Source: Sphaerodactylus townsendi
Taxonomy: Eukaryota
Direction: 5' to 3'
Assembly (NCBI RefSeq): GCF_021028975.2
Contig: NC_059430.1
Location: 114,576,001 to 114,640,000, forward strand
DNA length: 64,000 nucleotides
How positions within the stretch are numbered: position 1 is the stretch's first letter; each line of letters starts with the position of its first letter. The position numbers and the translations under genes were made by a program. The notes below the pieces were generated by a model that searched no databases, was not told where the DNA came from, and saw only the letters and a list, made by a program, of their open reading frames with translations. This document shows positions 48,382 to 60,737 of the stretch, in pieces.

Positions 48382-49575
48382 TATTTTCCTGTTTCCAGTT
48401 ACATGGTCAAGAGTGATAGTATATACATTTGGCATAGTTAGAATCCTGACTTCAGACCTTGATTTATCACAGAGCTTGTTCATTCATCACTGAAGTACAA
48501 TTAGTACAGTTTTTAGGAACAGCTTATGGAGGTAGTTCTCAAGTCTTGCTTATTTTGAAATGGTACATGTGTTCACACATGGATGTATAATTCTTAGTTC
48601 TATAGAAATTAATATTATGGATATTTATTTCCCCCAAAATCAAGAGTTGTGTGATATTGCACACATACTTAGTTCTGAAAGTGTTTGGGGAGTAAACCAT
48701 TCAACATGACGAGTTTCTACCTGAGTATGGTTCTACAGGATGAGAACGTTGGTTTCTGTTGGATAATTTTCCTAAACCTTGAACTCCTTCCAAAAGCCCA
48801 AGATGCAAGGAAATATATATTCAGCATTCCCAACAAAAATAGTAACAGAAGGAAAATTTGGAGCTGCAGTTCTCAAAGAGGCACTGCCTTTGCAAAGAAA
48901 GTTAATCTTGGCTTTACCTTTTAAACAGACAGGGAGAAAACACTGAGAATCACACTATGTAGTTTGTACATATGTCGCATTGAGTACTGTGAAAGGTTGG
49001 GATTGCAGAGCTCCTAAATCTTCCAAAAGTATCCAATTACTAATGTGTCGTTTAGTTATACAAGAACCCCTCAGACTAGTTAGTGGGATAAAAGTTTTGA
49101 GAAATTCTTATTGGGCAAAGAAATGTAGTTGTGTTAGTATCTTTCCAATGTTAGTAGCTGGGTACATTGTTTTTCTGGGAACCATCTATGGAACATTATA
49201 ATCTAGGGTTGCCTTTTGGAAATACTGCTACATTATCCAAATCTGCCTGTAGAAAAGCCAAGCCCTGCCAGCAAGAGAAATGAACAGGAAATTTCTTGAA
49301 TTATTTGTATTTGTATGTTATGATTTCTGTGTTAATAGGCTGGCTAATCGCTCATATTCTCTCTCACTAGAATGCTGATAGACATGCTTTAAGTGAAGAG
49401 TCTAAATTTTTATTTCCCATTGAAGTTGGTTGCAGTGCCCTGAGAATCTTTATAAACGTGCATGTTTTGAAATCCCCTTGGGGAAAGAGACAGATTGAAA
49501 ATGCAAGGTCTGGAATAAGGACTTAGATGTTTTATTTCTGTTAGCAGTACACCACGGTTTCCCTCCCTGGATACT

Positions 49576-49735
49576 CATAAGAACATAAGAACATAAGAAC
49601 AAGCCAGCTGGATCAGACCAGAGTCCATCTAGTCCAGCTCTCTGCTACTCGCAGTGGCCCACCAGGTGCCTTTGGGAGTTCACATGTAGGATGTGAAAGC
49701 AATGGCCTTCTGCGGCTGTTGCTCCCGAGCACCTG
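49576..49735 (-). mobile_element. CR1 3' UTR fragment
   Basis: (CATAAGAA)3 tail plus the same 3' UTR as the 5752 and 29977 copies. Confidence 0.85.
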
Positions 49736-50335
49736 TTTACTCCTTTGATTCAGCAATGTTAGTGATCACCAAGATCCTTATTCCAGTCACGGTACAAGAT
49801 AAAAAGTGTATGGAAGAAAGGAGTATGTTTTAAATAAGATTAGATTTGTACCAACCTCGTTTCAGGTGGCTCCATAGTTCTCTGTGGAGGTGAGAGCTAT
49901 GTGTGACAAACTTTAGAGCAGGGATGTCCAACTCCGGCCCTCCAGATATTCATGGACTATGATTCCCATCAGCCCCGGAGTTGGACCCCCCTGCTCTAAT
50001 TAAAGCATGGGAGTTGTGTTGATTGTAATAGCTTCTCGGCCTTTTGGCTAATATCATGTGTAGCTGTTTCTTTGGTGCTATAAACATTTTGTTGCTATAA
50101 ATTTGGTACTGAGGTAAGGGTCCATGTTGTGCCACTGAAGAGTAAAACTAGCAGCCTGTCTAAATTCTGTGGTGGTCTTGACACTTGCATATTTTATTGT
50201 GTGAACATCAATTTTTTTGCATGTAAGTAAAATGTTTTTGAGTTGGTTCAATAAAGCAGCTAGTTTACAGACATGGTGTCACTGATGTGGATTAAATGGC
50301 TTCAGCTTGAAAGGAATTTGAGGCATGATCTAGGA

Positions 50336-50480
50336 CAGTGGTGGCAAACCTTTGGCACTCCAGATGTTATGGACTACAATTCCCATCAGCCCCTGCCAGC
50401 ATGGCCAATTGGCCATACTGGCAGGGGCTGATGGGAATTGTAGTCCATAACAACTGAGTGCCAAAGGTTCGTCACCACGG
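50336..50480. mobile_element. Palindromic hAT MITE (same family)
   Basis: TSD ATCTAGGA/ATCTAGAA. Other full or partial copies near 8215-8315, 15670-15740, 34908-35035, 49919-49993, 55993-56137, 58479-58619, 59189-59326, 59686-59838 and 62132-62200. Confidence 0.88.
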
Positions 50481-51634
50481 ATCTAGAAACTAACATGATT
50501 TTTTTGCAAAACCACTCAACAGAATTGTTTGTGTTTTTAAACACTGTCTGAGACAAGGAGTGGGGAAGCATCCGTTACAGAAATAGGTGGTGCTTCATCT
50601 CTTAGCCTATATAGCCCTTCGAGTAATTCCTTGATGCTGGAATCAGATTTATGACACAAAACAACTTTTTCCAAAATTGGACCATTTGCCAATGCTTTTT
50701 GGGCTGCTGTTGCATTAATTATGCCAAATGCTCCTGCAGTATCTGAAGGATAGTTTTTAGTGTCAGCTCCTTTTTTTCTAACGTGAAACTGTTGATTATT
50801 TCTTTCCCTTATCTAGTGGTTTATATTACCTGTGCTCCCTGACTGACTACTAAACGACTGTTGATTTTTCTGACAAAATAGACTAATTTTTGTATGGTAC
50901 ATTAGAAAAACCCGAGGAATTGATTGAAAAGATAGTGGTGCATTTTTGGTGCGTATCTTTTGCGGTCTCTTCATTTACTTTTGCATCAAGTCTTTCTCAT
51001 TGGTGTGGAAAACTGAGAATGCCGCTTTTTGTTTAAATCACCTTGTCTGGAATAATATGCTGTGCAGAGTTTAATACCAGTTCATCTTGCTGATGTGAAC
51101 TCCCATTCGTTTATCGACCGTTCCCCTTGTGCAAAAACCTAATGTAGAGTGTTCCTTTATAATGGCTCTGGCAACCAGTGTATTTTTTAAAGCAGCATGG
51201 CTTCTCTTGTGTAACATAATGTTGGGTTTGAAGGAAGACATGGAAGTCTGCCAGACAAAATATGGGAAGGATGGCAAGCAAGTTCTGATGTTTATATATT
51301 TAGCTGCCTTGCAGGCCTCTGTGTTGAATAAACTTAAAACCTCTTTGAGACCAGGGACGTTTGTCCATTCCAGCTTAACGCCCAGCCACTATGTCCACGA
51401 CAGAAACTTACTATTCAAAAGCGAAAGATATGCTGGAGGTGGCTTAAAGGTGTGCATCGTTCGTGTACACGGATTTTACAGTATTTCCAAGGATCTCCGC
51501 TTCTTTTTGTTCCCTCCCTGACTTAGGTGAGAGCTGCATTGTAAAGGCTTTCTCCAATATAGGTTGAATGCAAGTCCCTTGCAGCATGTTTACAAAATTA
51601 GTTTAGATAAATGCATTGTCCTACAAACTAGTTC

Positions 51635-51814
51635 NNNNNNNNNNNNNNNNNNNNNNNNNNNNNNNNNNNNNNNNNNNNNNNNNNNNNNNNNNNNNNNNNN
51701 NNNNNNNNNNNNNNNNNNNNNNNNNNNNNNNNNNNNNNNNNNNNNNNNNNNNNNNNNNNNNNNNNNNNNNNNNNNNNNNNNNNNNNNNNNNNNNNNNNNN
51801 NNNNNNNNNNNNNN
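51635..51814. other. Assembly gap (180 N) hiding the HNRNPR exon 2 acceptor and start codon
   Basis: Run of N directly followed by in-frame ERLDEIFQT. Confidence 0.95.
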
Positions 51815-51843
51815 AGAGAGACTTGATGAAATATTTCAGACAG
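51815..51843 (+). CDS. HNRNPR: HNRNPR exon 2, visible 3' part (ERLDEIFQT-G)
   Basis: RLDEIFQTG matches HNRNPR rather than the paralogue SYNCRIP (KLDEIYVAG); G|GTATAA donor. Confidence 0.9.
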
Positions 51844-52541
51844 GTATAATATGCATTTCTTGTTTCTGATTGGTTATGCAAGTGAAGGCAAAACGATTTT
51901 TGAAACTTTTTAGGTTTTAAAGTTGAAAAAAAATTGCTGTATTTTGAACTGTGTAGCTTTAAATGTATTGCTGCTTGAGGTCAAATTGGGTTTCATAGTA
52001 TGTTGATAGTCTCTTAGGTCTTCAGAATACTGTTTTCATAGACTTCCACAGACGTTTCATAGACTTCCACAGACGTTCCAGCCTGCTGAACTCTTTAATT
52101 TTTGTAAATGTTTGCCTGCCTCTGCTATGACCAACTTAGGGTGACTACGTGAAGCACTTCATGCTTTACTAGGTGGCTTATGGGGGTGGGTGGTAAGATA
52201 TAGCCTAGTTGGGCTGATTTGGGGCTGCTCTGGAATCCAGTCTGTTTGTGAATATGATGTCTAGCTCTTAGTGGGTAGCTCAGTCCTTATCAGTCGTTAC
52301 ACTGACCTGTCAAGTTTAACAATAATGGCTTGAATTATCTTTACCTTGCTTGGAGCAAGTGTCTTTGTGTATTTTTAAAGAGAGAGAGAGAGAGAGACTC
52401 TGATTTTGGAGACACATGTTCTGTGGTACAAAAGACTATTTTTTCCTTCCTCTTGAGTATGTGTGTTGAGAACATGCATACTGTAAATGGGAACTGCTTC
52501 ATTCCCTCAGATATCTTAGTTTTATCTTTTTTTTTCTAAAG

Positions 52542-52624
52542 CCCTCCAAAAATGCTACAGACTTAAAAGGCAGTACAATGCTGCGTCTGTCTCAAGTTGA
52601 TATTCTGGCTCACGTGACGGCCAG
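52542..52624 (+). other. Candidate cassette/poison exon in HNRNPR intron 2
   Basis: T tract plus AAAG acceptor at 52541, CAG|GTAGCT donor at 52624; in-frame TGA at 52598-52600 if spliced to exon 2. Confidence 0.45.
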
Positions 52625-53773
52625 GTAGCTTTCATGTCTTTAGAGATTCCCTTTTCTAAAGCTCTGTTATGAAATGCTCTTAGACTTAAGTATAGATAGA
52701 TGTCTGAGAAATGATCTTTTTCTGATTTTAGAATGTGTTACATGTAGGCTATGTTGTGAGAAGTTAGGTAAATTTAAAAGGCATTAATGTTTAAAATGTA
52801 CATTTGAATGAATTAACAAAAATTGTGCAAGCCTCTATGTGCAGAAGTGGTTCTTTGCCCCATTGGGGGTTCAATTTTCACCGTTTGTTTCTCCACTTCA
52901 TAGTTAAACCAACTCAGGGCTGAATTTTGTGACCTGCTGAGTTTTGTCCCTGTATTCAGGTTCCTTCCAGCATGCAGGATCAATTCTGAACTGCAGTCTG
53001 TTTACCACTATTTCTCCCTAACTTTGTGTTTAAAAGACTTTTCAGTGTTGTTATTTTAAAATCCTGGGGAGAAAAATCCCAAAATCTTATCTCTTAACAC
53101 AGATGGAATGAGCAGTGCTCTTCAGTTTTTTGTAAACCTGCTGCTAACGTTAAAATCTGTTAAAAGGAAGTACATGCAAATCTTTCAAAACAGGCACTTT
53201 AGAACTGGTCCTACTGTGTAAGCCTTATATTAGTGTACTTTGAAGTACATAACAGGGCTCGAAATAATATTACTGGCTGGAAGGTGTGTGGCAAAAGTAG
53301 CTATTTAACTATGAGTAAAATGTAAATTCATCCTTTTAGAGACATGGGGAGAGTTTTGCTCTGTGAAAGATGTGGGGATGGATGGGGGATGGGGCGGGCT
53401 GGCTTTATAAGTTGTCCCCAGTCACTGTTGTAGCAGATAATGGTCAGATGATGTGTAACTCTGTGTACGTAGCTTCTAATGGCTCCATTTAAAAGAGAAA
53501 AAAAATCTTAAAGCAGTCCTTTGAGAATGTGAGCCAGAATTCATTATTTCAAACCCTGATATGTCTTGTTGCTTTGTGCAACAAACCTTGATTCCCAAAA
53601 GTTTCTCAAACTGTTCCCTTTCTTAATATAAACTTTTAAAGTAAATAAGTGTAACGTATGCGTCAGCTCAAATTGTTTCAGTTTTAGCAAAGTTAAAATA
53701 GTGACTTAACCAAACTGTCTTGTCTAGTTAATAAATGGGAATCTGTAACTTTTTCTTTTTTTAATTTTTTTAG

Positions 53774-53892
53774 GATTGGTAGCTTATGTTGATCTTGATG
53801 AAAGAGCAATAGATGCTCTCAGAGAATTTAACGAAGAAGGAGCCCTCTCTGTATTACAACAGTTTAAGGAAAGTGACCTGTCGCATGTACAG
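53774..53892 (+). CDS. HNRNPR: HNRNPR exon 3 (GLVAYVDLDERAIDALREFNEEGALSVLQQFKESDLSHVQ)
   Basis: 119 nt, long T tract plus TAG, GTAAGG donor. Confidence 0.97.
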
Positions 53893-54323
53893 GTAAGGTG
53901 AGAGCTCCTCATATTGTGACCTTATTGGTTCACAAATATAGTATTCTTTCTGTCTTGAATATAGGAAGTACCAGTAAACCCACTAAGATTGAACGACCAT
54001 TTTTGCACTCTTTGCAATGTGTCTTTTATTAATTACTTAGACTATGCTGCTCTCCCGCTAAATTAAGTCTAGAGCTGCTTGCATAGTGTAAGACAAATTT
54101 ACTAGAATCTCAGTTTAGCTTGACGATTGTGTATGTTGCGTTTTTGATTTGAATGGAGTGGTACCTTGTACAATTTCAGATCACGTTATATTCTTCAGGA
54201 CACTGGCTGACATTTGGGTTAGTTTTGACAAATGGGCTGTGGCTGAGTGTTGTTCAAGGTTCAGTGGCTTCAGGTCACCTTTTATAGCTTCCAGTTGAAT
54301 TATTTTACTGATTGTACCTGCAG

Positions 54324-54431
54324 AACAAAAGTGCATTTTTATGTGGAGTTATGAAGACCTACAGACAGAGAGAGAAACAAGGAAGCAAAGTACAAGACTC
54401 AACGAAGGGGCCAGATGAAGCAAAGATTAAG
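54324..54431 (+). CDS. HNRNPR: HNRNPR exon 4 (NKSAFLCGVMKTYRQREKQGSKVQDSTKGPDEAKIK)
   Basis: 108 nt, AG/GT bounded. Confidence 0.97.
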
Positions 54432-56450
54432 GTAACACCTTCATATGCTGACATGCAAATGCTTTATTTGTAAGAGTAATAGACAAATATGCTAAACAGA
54501 TAAACTTCTACACAGGCTTGTCTGTGTTCACAGGGTGCACTTAAGAACTTGCACTGGAGTGAAGCATTGCATTCAGAGCATTTCTGTGCTGTCGTCCGTG
54601 TAAGCTTGTAGGAAGCTGAAATATCAGAGTTACGGCCCAAACGTAAAGGTTCTTTAAGTTTGCAACAGCAGAGTCTTTCTTCGTAAGCAATATTCATATA
54701 TCTGCCAATAACCACTGCAGGTGGGAAGATATTCAACCTGGCCTGTGTGAAGGCTCCAAACCGAGAGGGGATTATTAAATTATTATTTATTAATAATAAT
54801 AATAATTAATTAAGCTCGTAATATACTGGGCCATAGACCTCTCTGAGTAAAATAGACCATGGAAGCAGGTCTTATTTGCTCCAGCATCAAATGTCTGTTT
54901 TCCAATGTCCCAGATTCTTTTAATTGCCTGGAATGAATAGGCTTCACCAGAGTTGACAAGTGCTTCTAAGTCAATGCCAATGGTGTTAATTTTACGTTGA
55001 CCACAAGGTGTTGACCGGACTCATCACATCAGGTGAAGTACCCAACTGAATTTGGGGTACCAAGGATGTGGCGGAGAAATATTGCCTATATTTTTGTGGA
55101 CACAGTTCTCCATATTTGGTTTGGTTTGACCCCCAGAGTACCTTTGGGAAAAGCTCTTCCCATTGGAAGCCTCTTGTTTCTTGAGTTCTGTAGGGCTTTT
55201 TTCAGTAGCTGCCCCAACAGTGTGAAACCATCTCTTTTTTCCTCTTCTGTGGCTCCTTTTGCGTAAAAGACAAAGGCATCTTTAGCTCTCTAAACTTTGG
55301 GTTTGGTACTTAACTTTGTCCTAGTTTATTGCCATGATTTTGATTGAAACCTTGTGTTGTGTTGGTTTGGTGTGTTTGAATTGATTTGAATGTGTTGATT
55401 TAAAAAAAGTTGTTGCTTTTCATGTTAATTACTCGGGGGATCCTGCTGGCATGGTTAGAGTTGTGGATTGGGAAGTTCTGGGTTCATATTCTTACTCCAT
55501 CTTGAAGCTTAGTAGATGTCCTTGGGGCCAGTCACTCACACTCAGTTCAGCTTTGAGCTGTGGGGGTAAGTTGTCCTGAGCTCCTTGAAAGAAGAGTGGT
55601 GTTTAAAGGCAGGGCAAGGGGGGAAACTTTATCAGATGCCTATGTCCCTTGGGCACTTCATTTGGACACACTTGGCTACTCTGGAAGTCATAAAACCCAA
55701 AGTAAACCTCAAAGGAGATATTGTTCCCTCCCTTCCCAATTTTCCCCAGCAGGCTCAGCAACAGAAAACAAGTCCTAGGCACAACTCCCAATGAGATGAT
55801 ATGTCCTCAGACAAAGGATTAGCTCTTGGAGAGAGCTTATTCAGGGCCATCAGAGCTTTCAGTATTCCTTATGATGAGCCTCTTCCTACTTGCATGGATG
55901 CTGATTGAGTACATGTGGATTGTGTGTTTCTTTCTACGAGGCCTCAGCACAACCTGAAGCCTTCCCCAGCCACATGTCAGATGGCTTCATGCAGGGATGT
56001 CCAACTCTGGGGCCCCAGGTGCTCATGGTCTACGGTTCCCATCAGCCCCTGCTAGCATGACCAATTGGCCATGCTAGCAGGGGCTGATGGGAATCGTAGT
56101 CCATGAGCATCTGGGGCGCCAGAGTTGGACACCCATGGTTTAATGGGTCACTGGCCTACTGGAGAATGCGAGACAGTGGTGTAAACCTCAGATATTGTAT
56201 TTATTTATTTTATTTATAATTTGACTTATAGGCCACCCTTCCCTTGATGGCCTCAGAACGGCTTACCACAGTCTCAACCGTAAAAACCGTAACAAATTCA
56301 TAAGAGGTGTTTTATGGATATAAGAGAAGTTTTATGGATAGGACTGCTTTTGCTTATTCTCGTAGTCTTATGAGAGAAGATGGTGTTAATTGCTGTTCGT
56401 GTTTCTTATACAAATGTCTACTGTGATTTCTCCCTCCAAAAAACCTTCAG

Positions 56451-56564
56451 GCTTTGCTAGAGAGAACTGGTTATACTTTGGACGTGACCACAGGGCAAAG
56501 GAAATATGGCGGCCCTCCTCCAGATACTGTCTACTCTTCTTCCCAGCCTAGCATTGGCACAGAG
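56451..56564 (+). CDS. HNRNPR: HNRNPR exon 5 (ALLERTGYTLDVTTGQRKYGGPPPDTVYSSSQPSIGTE)
   Basis: 114 nt, symmetric phase-0 exon, AG/GT bounded. Confidence 0.97.
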
Positions 56565-57741
56565 GTTTGTATGCATAGCTTATACATAAATTACGGTTGT
56601 TTAAAATGGCTCTAGCCATTACTGTGCCAAATGAACTTACAGCTGTGGCTGCTTGTATCCATTGCCTCGCTCTGGCCCTAATGAAAGTGACTGTTTAATG
56701 CAGTTCTTTTGTAATCAAAGTTCTGGCCCTAAAGGCAAAAGAAAACTATTATGGGTAGGTTAGCACTGTAGGTATTCCAAGAAGTGATTTCCCCCCTCCC
56801 CCCTTCTTGGTAGAGAATACTCCGTTTTTCAGAAGAAGCCTCAAAAAGCTGTCACTTTGCTTGTTGAAGCTGAAGGCAGGTGACATTTAAACTGGTGAGT
56901 TATTCACTGGCAGGCACGATAATCGCAAATGACCCTTTGCTTTGGTGGAGTCTGTCACATATGAAGTGAATCGACTATGACCAAGTTAAAATATGGATGG
57001 GTATGTTTAATAAGTCATTAAATAGAATTTGCTACAATTGTAGAGCAAATCTGAGTTGAACACAAGGAAAAGGTAAACATTCAAAGACAGAACTACTAGA
57101 GGTTAATGTGGTTTAAGGACATGAGCACTGCTGGATTAGACCAAAGTCCATCTCATCCTTTATTTCCAGTCACAAGTAGCCATGTCCTTTTGAGAAGCCT
57201 TCAAACCATATATGGAGTGAGAAACTCTTCTCTGTCATATTCAGAGTTACTGTGTCACTAAATGTGAAGTTCGCATTTATTTGCCATGATTTGCCATTAA
57301 AGCTATTCTTCATGAAGTAACCACACAAAAAAAGAAAGGAATCTTTACAGTACCTTAAGGGAAAAAACCCCAAGTTATGTATACCAGAATGTTAGCATCA
57401 TCAAACCACTCTGTTGTTTGGTTCCACCCATATCCCTGATGTATTAACACAGGCAAGATCCAAGAGCTCAGCAAGGCCTTCAGCTTACTTTCTCAACTCA
57501 GAAGAGTTTCAGAAGCAGTATTTGCGATGCTCAAGAAGAGACATGATGACTCAAGTATAAAGAAGGCCAAATCTTGTTATGTTTGCTCTGAATCACGGTT
57601 GAGGTGTTTAAAGTGGGACTGATAGACTCCAACAGTAAAAGTATTTGAAAAGAGAGACATGGATCATGCTGTCATGTATAAAACATTTACATGTTTGTTT
57701 CTGAGTCATACATTTTGTTAATGGTTTTAATTGTCCTTCAG

Positions 57742-57918
57742 GTTTTCGTTGGCAAAATCCCCAGGGATTTGTATGAGGATGAATTGGTGCCTCTATTTGA
57801 GAAAGCAGGCCCAATTTGGGACTTGCGGCTCATGATGGATCCCCTTTCTGGGCAGAACAGGGGCTACGCTTTCATTACTTTCTGTAGTAAAGATGCTGCA
57901 CAAGAAGCTGTCAAGCTG
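57742..57918 (+). CDS. HNRNPR: HNRNPR exon 6, RRM1 ([59 protein letters not shown])
   Basis: 177 nt; RNP2 VFVGKI and RNP1 RGYAFITF; GTAAGT donor. Confidence 0.98.
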
Positions 57919-57988
57919 GTAAGTACTGTGTGATGGTACCAGATAAGTGGGTGGTTACAGTGGTTGCGACTTAGTGTGGACAAAACTT

Positions 57989-58648
57989 TTTTGAACATTT
58001 CTTTTTTTCTACAGAGTTACAAGAATATAAAAAAGATTTCGGAAAAAGAAGAATAGATACAAATGATAATGATAATATAATATGGATCTGTAATAGTAGT
58101 TATTTAAATTACTTAATTGTTTTCCTCTGTATAGCGGACCCAATAAAACATTTTTTTAAAAGATCAAAAATTAAAAATTCAGAAACAATGAGAAAAAAAC
58201 AAGGAAGATGAAACTAAAGAAAAAAAAAAGAGGTAAAGCGATTGTTCTTGAGGGAGGGGGCTTCTGACAAAAAACTGAAAGGATAGGGGCGGCACCTACT
58301 GCAGTCCCTGGATATTTTTCAAAACTAGTGGGTCTGTTAACAATCCCCAACTGATTCACCTGTCAGATTGAAGGTCCCCAGAACTCCTGGAGAGGCTAGC
58401 GATCAGACCCCGTCAGCCCTTCTGCCAGCAAGTTGTCACTTTCATTAATGTGTGGCAGAGAGCTTAAACCAGCTAAAGCATAGGTGTCAAACTCGTGGCT
58501 GTCCAGATGTTATGGACTACAGTTCCCATCATCCCCTGCCAGCATCATGCTGGCAGGGGATGATAAGGTCCGTATAGTCCATAACCTTCTGGAAGAACAC
58601 GGATTTATTTGACATCTATAATCCTAAAAAGCATCTCCTCAGAAGCGC
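57989..58648 (-). mobile_element. Short non-coding retroposed insertion with a 15-bp TSD (L1-type mobilisation)
   Basis: GTGTGGACAAAACTT at 57974-57988 and 58649-58663; A-rich 3' end on the - strand; contains a nested MITE. Confidence 0.7.
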
Positions 58649-59001
58649 GTGTGGACAAAACTTGTAGCTCGGTAGACGTGGTTAGATTTACTTCCTCGAC
58701 CGTACTACCTTGTTATGATCAAAACTGTTGAGCATCTATATGTTTCTTTGTGCATGAGTCTCCGCTGTCAAATAGAGGAATGGTTCTTAGCCAGGGGTAT
58801 GTGTACCATTGATGGAACTCAGAAGTAACTGGTTTGCAGGATTTTCATAACAGTTGCCAGGAATTTGCCCTTCCTTGGTTCCCATATCTGTGACCACCTC
58901 TAAATATGACATGCTGTCTTCTGCAGACCTGTCCTGCCACAAATTATCCATCTATAACTTTTGGGCATGCTGCTAGTAAGCTTGGACACTGTACTCCGAA
59001 T

Positions 59002-59171
59002 CAGGGACGTAGGTGTGTGTGTGTAGGGGGGGGGGGTTTCTTGGGTTCAAACCCCTCCCATTACATGTCCGGCTTGCTTGAAACAGTGCATGGAATGGAA
59101 CAGCCGGAAAGCCCCAGGAAAGCCCTCAGTCACCAAACCCACCCCATTAAAAATCTATACCCACGTCACTG
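59002..59171. mobile_element. hAT MITE
   Basis: TIR CAGGGACGTAGG / CCCACGTCACTG; perfect 8-bp TSD CTCCGAAT. Confidence 0.85.
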
Positions 59172-60161
59172 CTCCGAATCCCCTAGAAGATAGGTGTCAA
59201 ACTCACAGCCCTCCAGATGTTATGGACTACAGTTCCCATCATCCCCTGCCAGCATGTGCTGGCAGGGGCTGATGGGAACATGTAATCCTATAAACATCTG
59301 AGAAGGCATATGAACTGACACCTGTGCCCTAGAATCATAGAGTTGGAAGAGACCACAAGGGCCATTTAGTTCAACCCCTTGCCATGCAGGAACAGACAAT
59401 CAAAGCAGCCCTGGCAGATGGCCATCCAGCCTCTGTTTAAAACCTCCAAAGAAGGAGACTCCCCTACACTCCAAGGAAGTGTATTCCACTGTTTACTCTA
59501 CCCACCAACAAGTGGCTTTGATGTTAATCAGGAATGGTGAAATGTGAATTTGGCTGAGGTTCCTATTTGGGACTTCACACCAACTGTTCTAAGGTGACCT
59601 TCTAGACAACTGTATTATTGACCCACCATTTGACTTGCATACATTTAGCAAAAAACTTGATTTACGACTAGAAGACTACCTAGAGCAGGGGGGTTCACAA
59701 CCTGCGGCTCTCCAGATGTTCCATGGGCTACAGATTCCCATCAGGTCCCTGCCAGCATGGCCAATTGGCCATACTGGCAGGGGTTGATAGGATTTGTAGT
59801 CCATGAACATCTGGAGAGCCACAAGTTGCAGACCCCTGACCTAGGCTTCTGCAGAGGAAATTTTTCTTAACCAACCTTTTTTGAGTATGTTGATAGGGGT
59901 AATCCAGTATAGCAAGTGACCAAAAATGTCAAGGTTGCTTTTGGGAAGCTGCTTTATTGGAAATGTAAATCTTTCCCTGTTTGCATAATTTCTGCCCTCT
60001 CCCAGAAGTACATGTTTATTAAATTGATGATGGTGATGATGTTTATGTGTAAGGGGGTGGCACTGTATTAACAGATATTGCCACAGGGGGCAGTGTTCTG
60101 TCTGTGTTCTATTAAGTAAAGTCTTTAAACTAAGTGTTAAGTTAACTCCTTTATCTTTCAG

Positions 60162-60297
60162 TGTGACAACTATGAAATCCGTCCTGGCAAACACCTTGGC
60201 GTGTGCATCTCCGTGGCAAACAATAGGCTGTTTGTTGGATCAATTCCCAAAAACAAAACAAAGGAAAATATACTAGAAGAGTTCAGTAAAGTTACAG
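60162..60297 (+). CDS. HNRNPR: HNRNPR exon 7 ([46 protein letters not shown])
   Basis: 136 nt, AG/GT bounded, start of RRM2. Confidence 0.97.
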
Positions 60298-60454
60298 GTA
60301 AAGAGACCATACTGGCATGTGTTGGCCTCTATCCTGCCTGCTCCATTTTGCAAAGCTTAAAGGCTTCCTGCAGCTGAAGGAGTCTTCTTTCAGCTTTACT
60401 TCTTACCCTGTGGCTGAAGTGGCAGTTAAATTGGAGGAAATCTTTCTTCAGTTT

Positions 60455-60737
60455 TAAGAAGAAGAGTTGGATTTATATCCCCCCTTTCTCTCCTGTAAGG
60501 ACTCAAAGGGGCTTACAATCTCTTCCCCCCCTCACGACAAACACCCTGTGAGGTTGGTGATCCTGAGGGGGCTTCGAAGAGCTGTGACTAACTCGAGGTC
60601 ACCCAGCTGGCATGTGTTGGAGTGCACAAGCTAATCTGGTTCACCAGATAAGCCCCCACAGCTCAAGTGGCAGAGGGGAATCAAACTTGGTTCAGATTAG
60701 AGTGCACCTGCTCTTAACCACTATACCACGCTGGCTC
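60455..60737 (-). mobile_element. Squam3-like SINE
   Basis: Family consensus. Older MIR-like copies also near 5455-5627, 39745-39957, 42810-42980 and 55445-55600. Confidence 0.82.
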
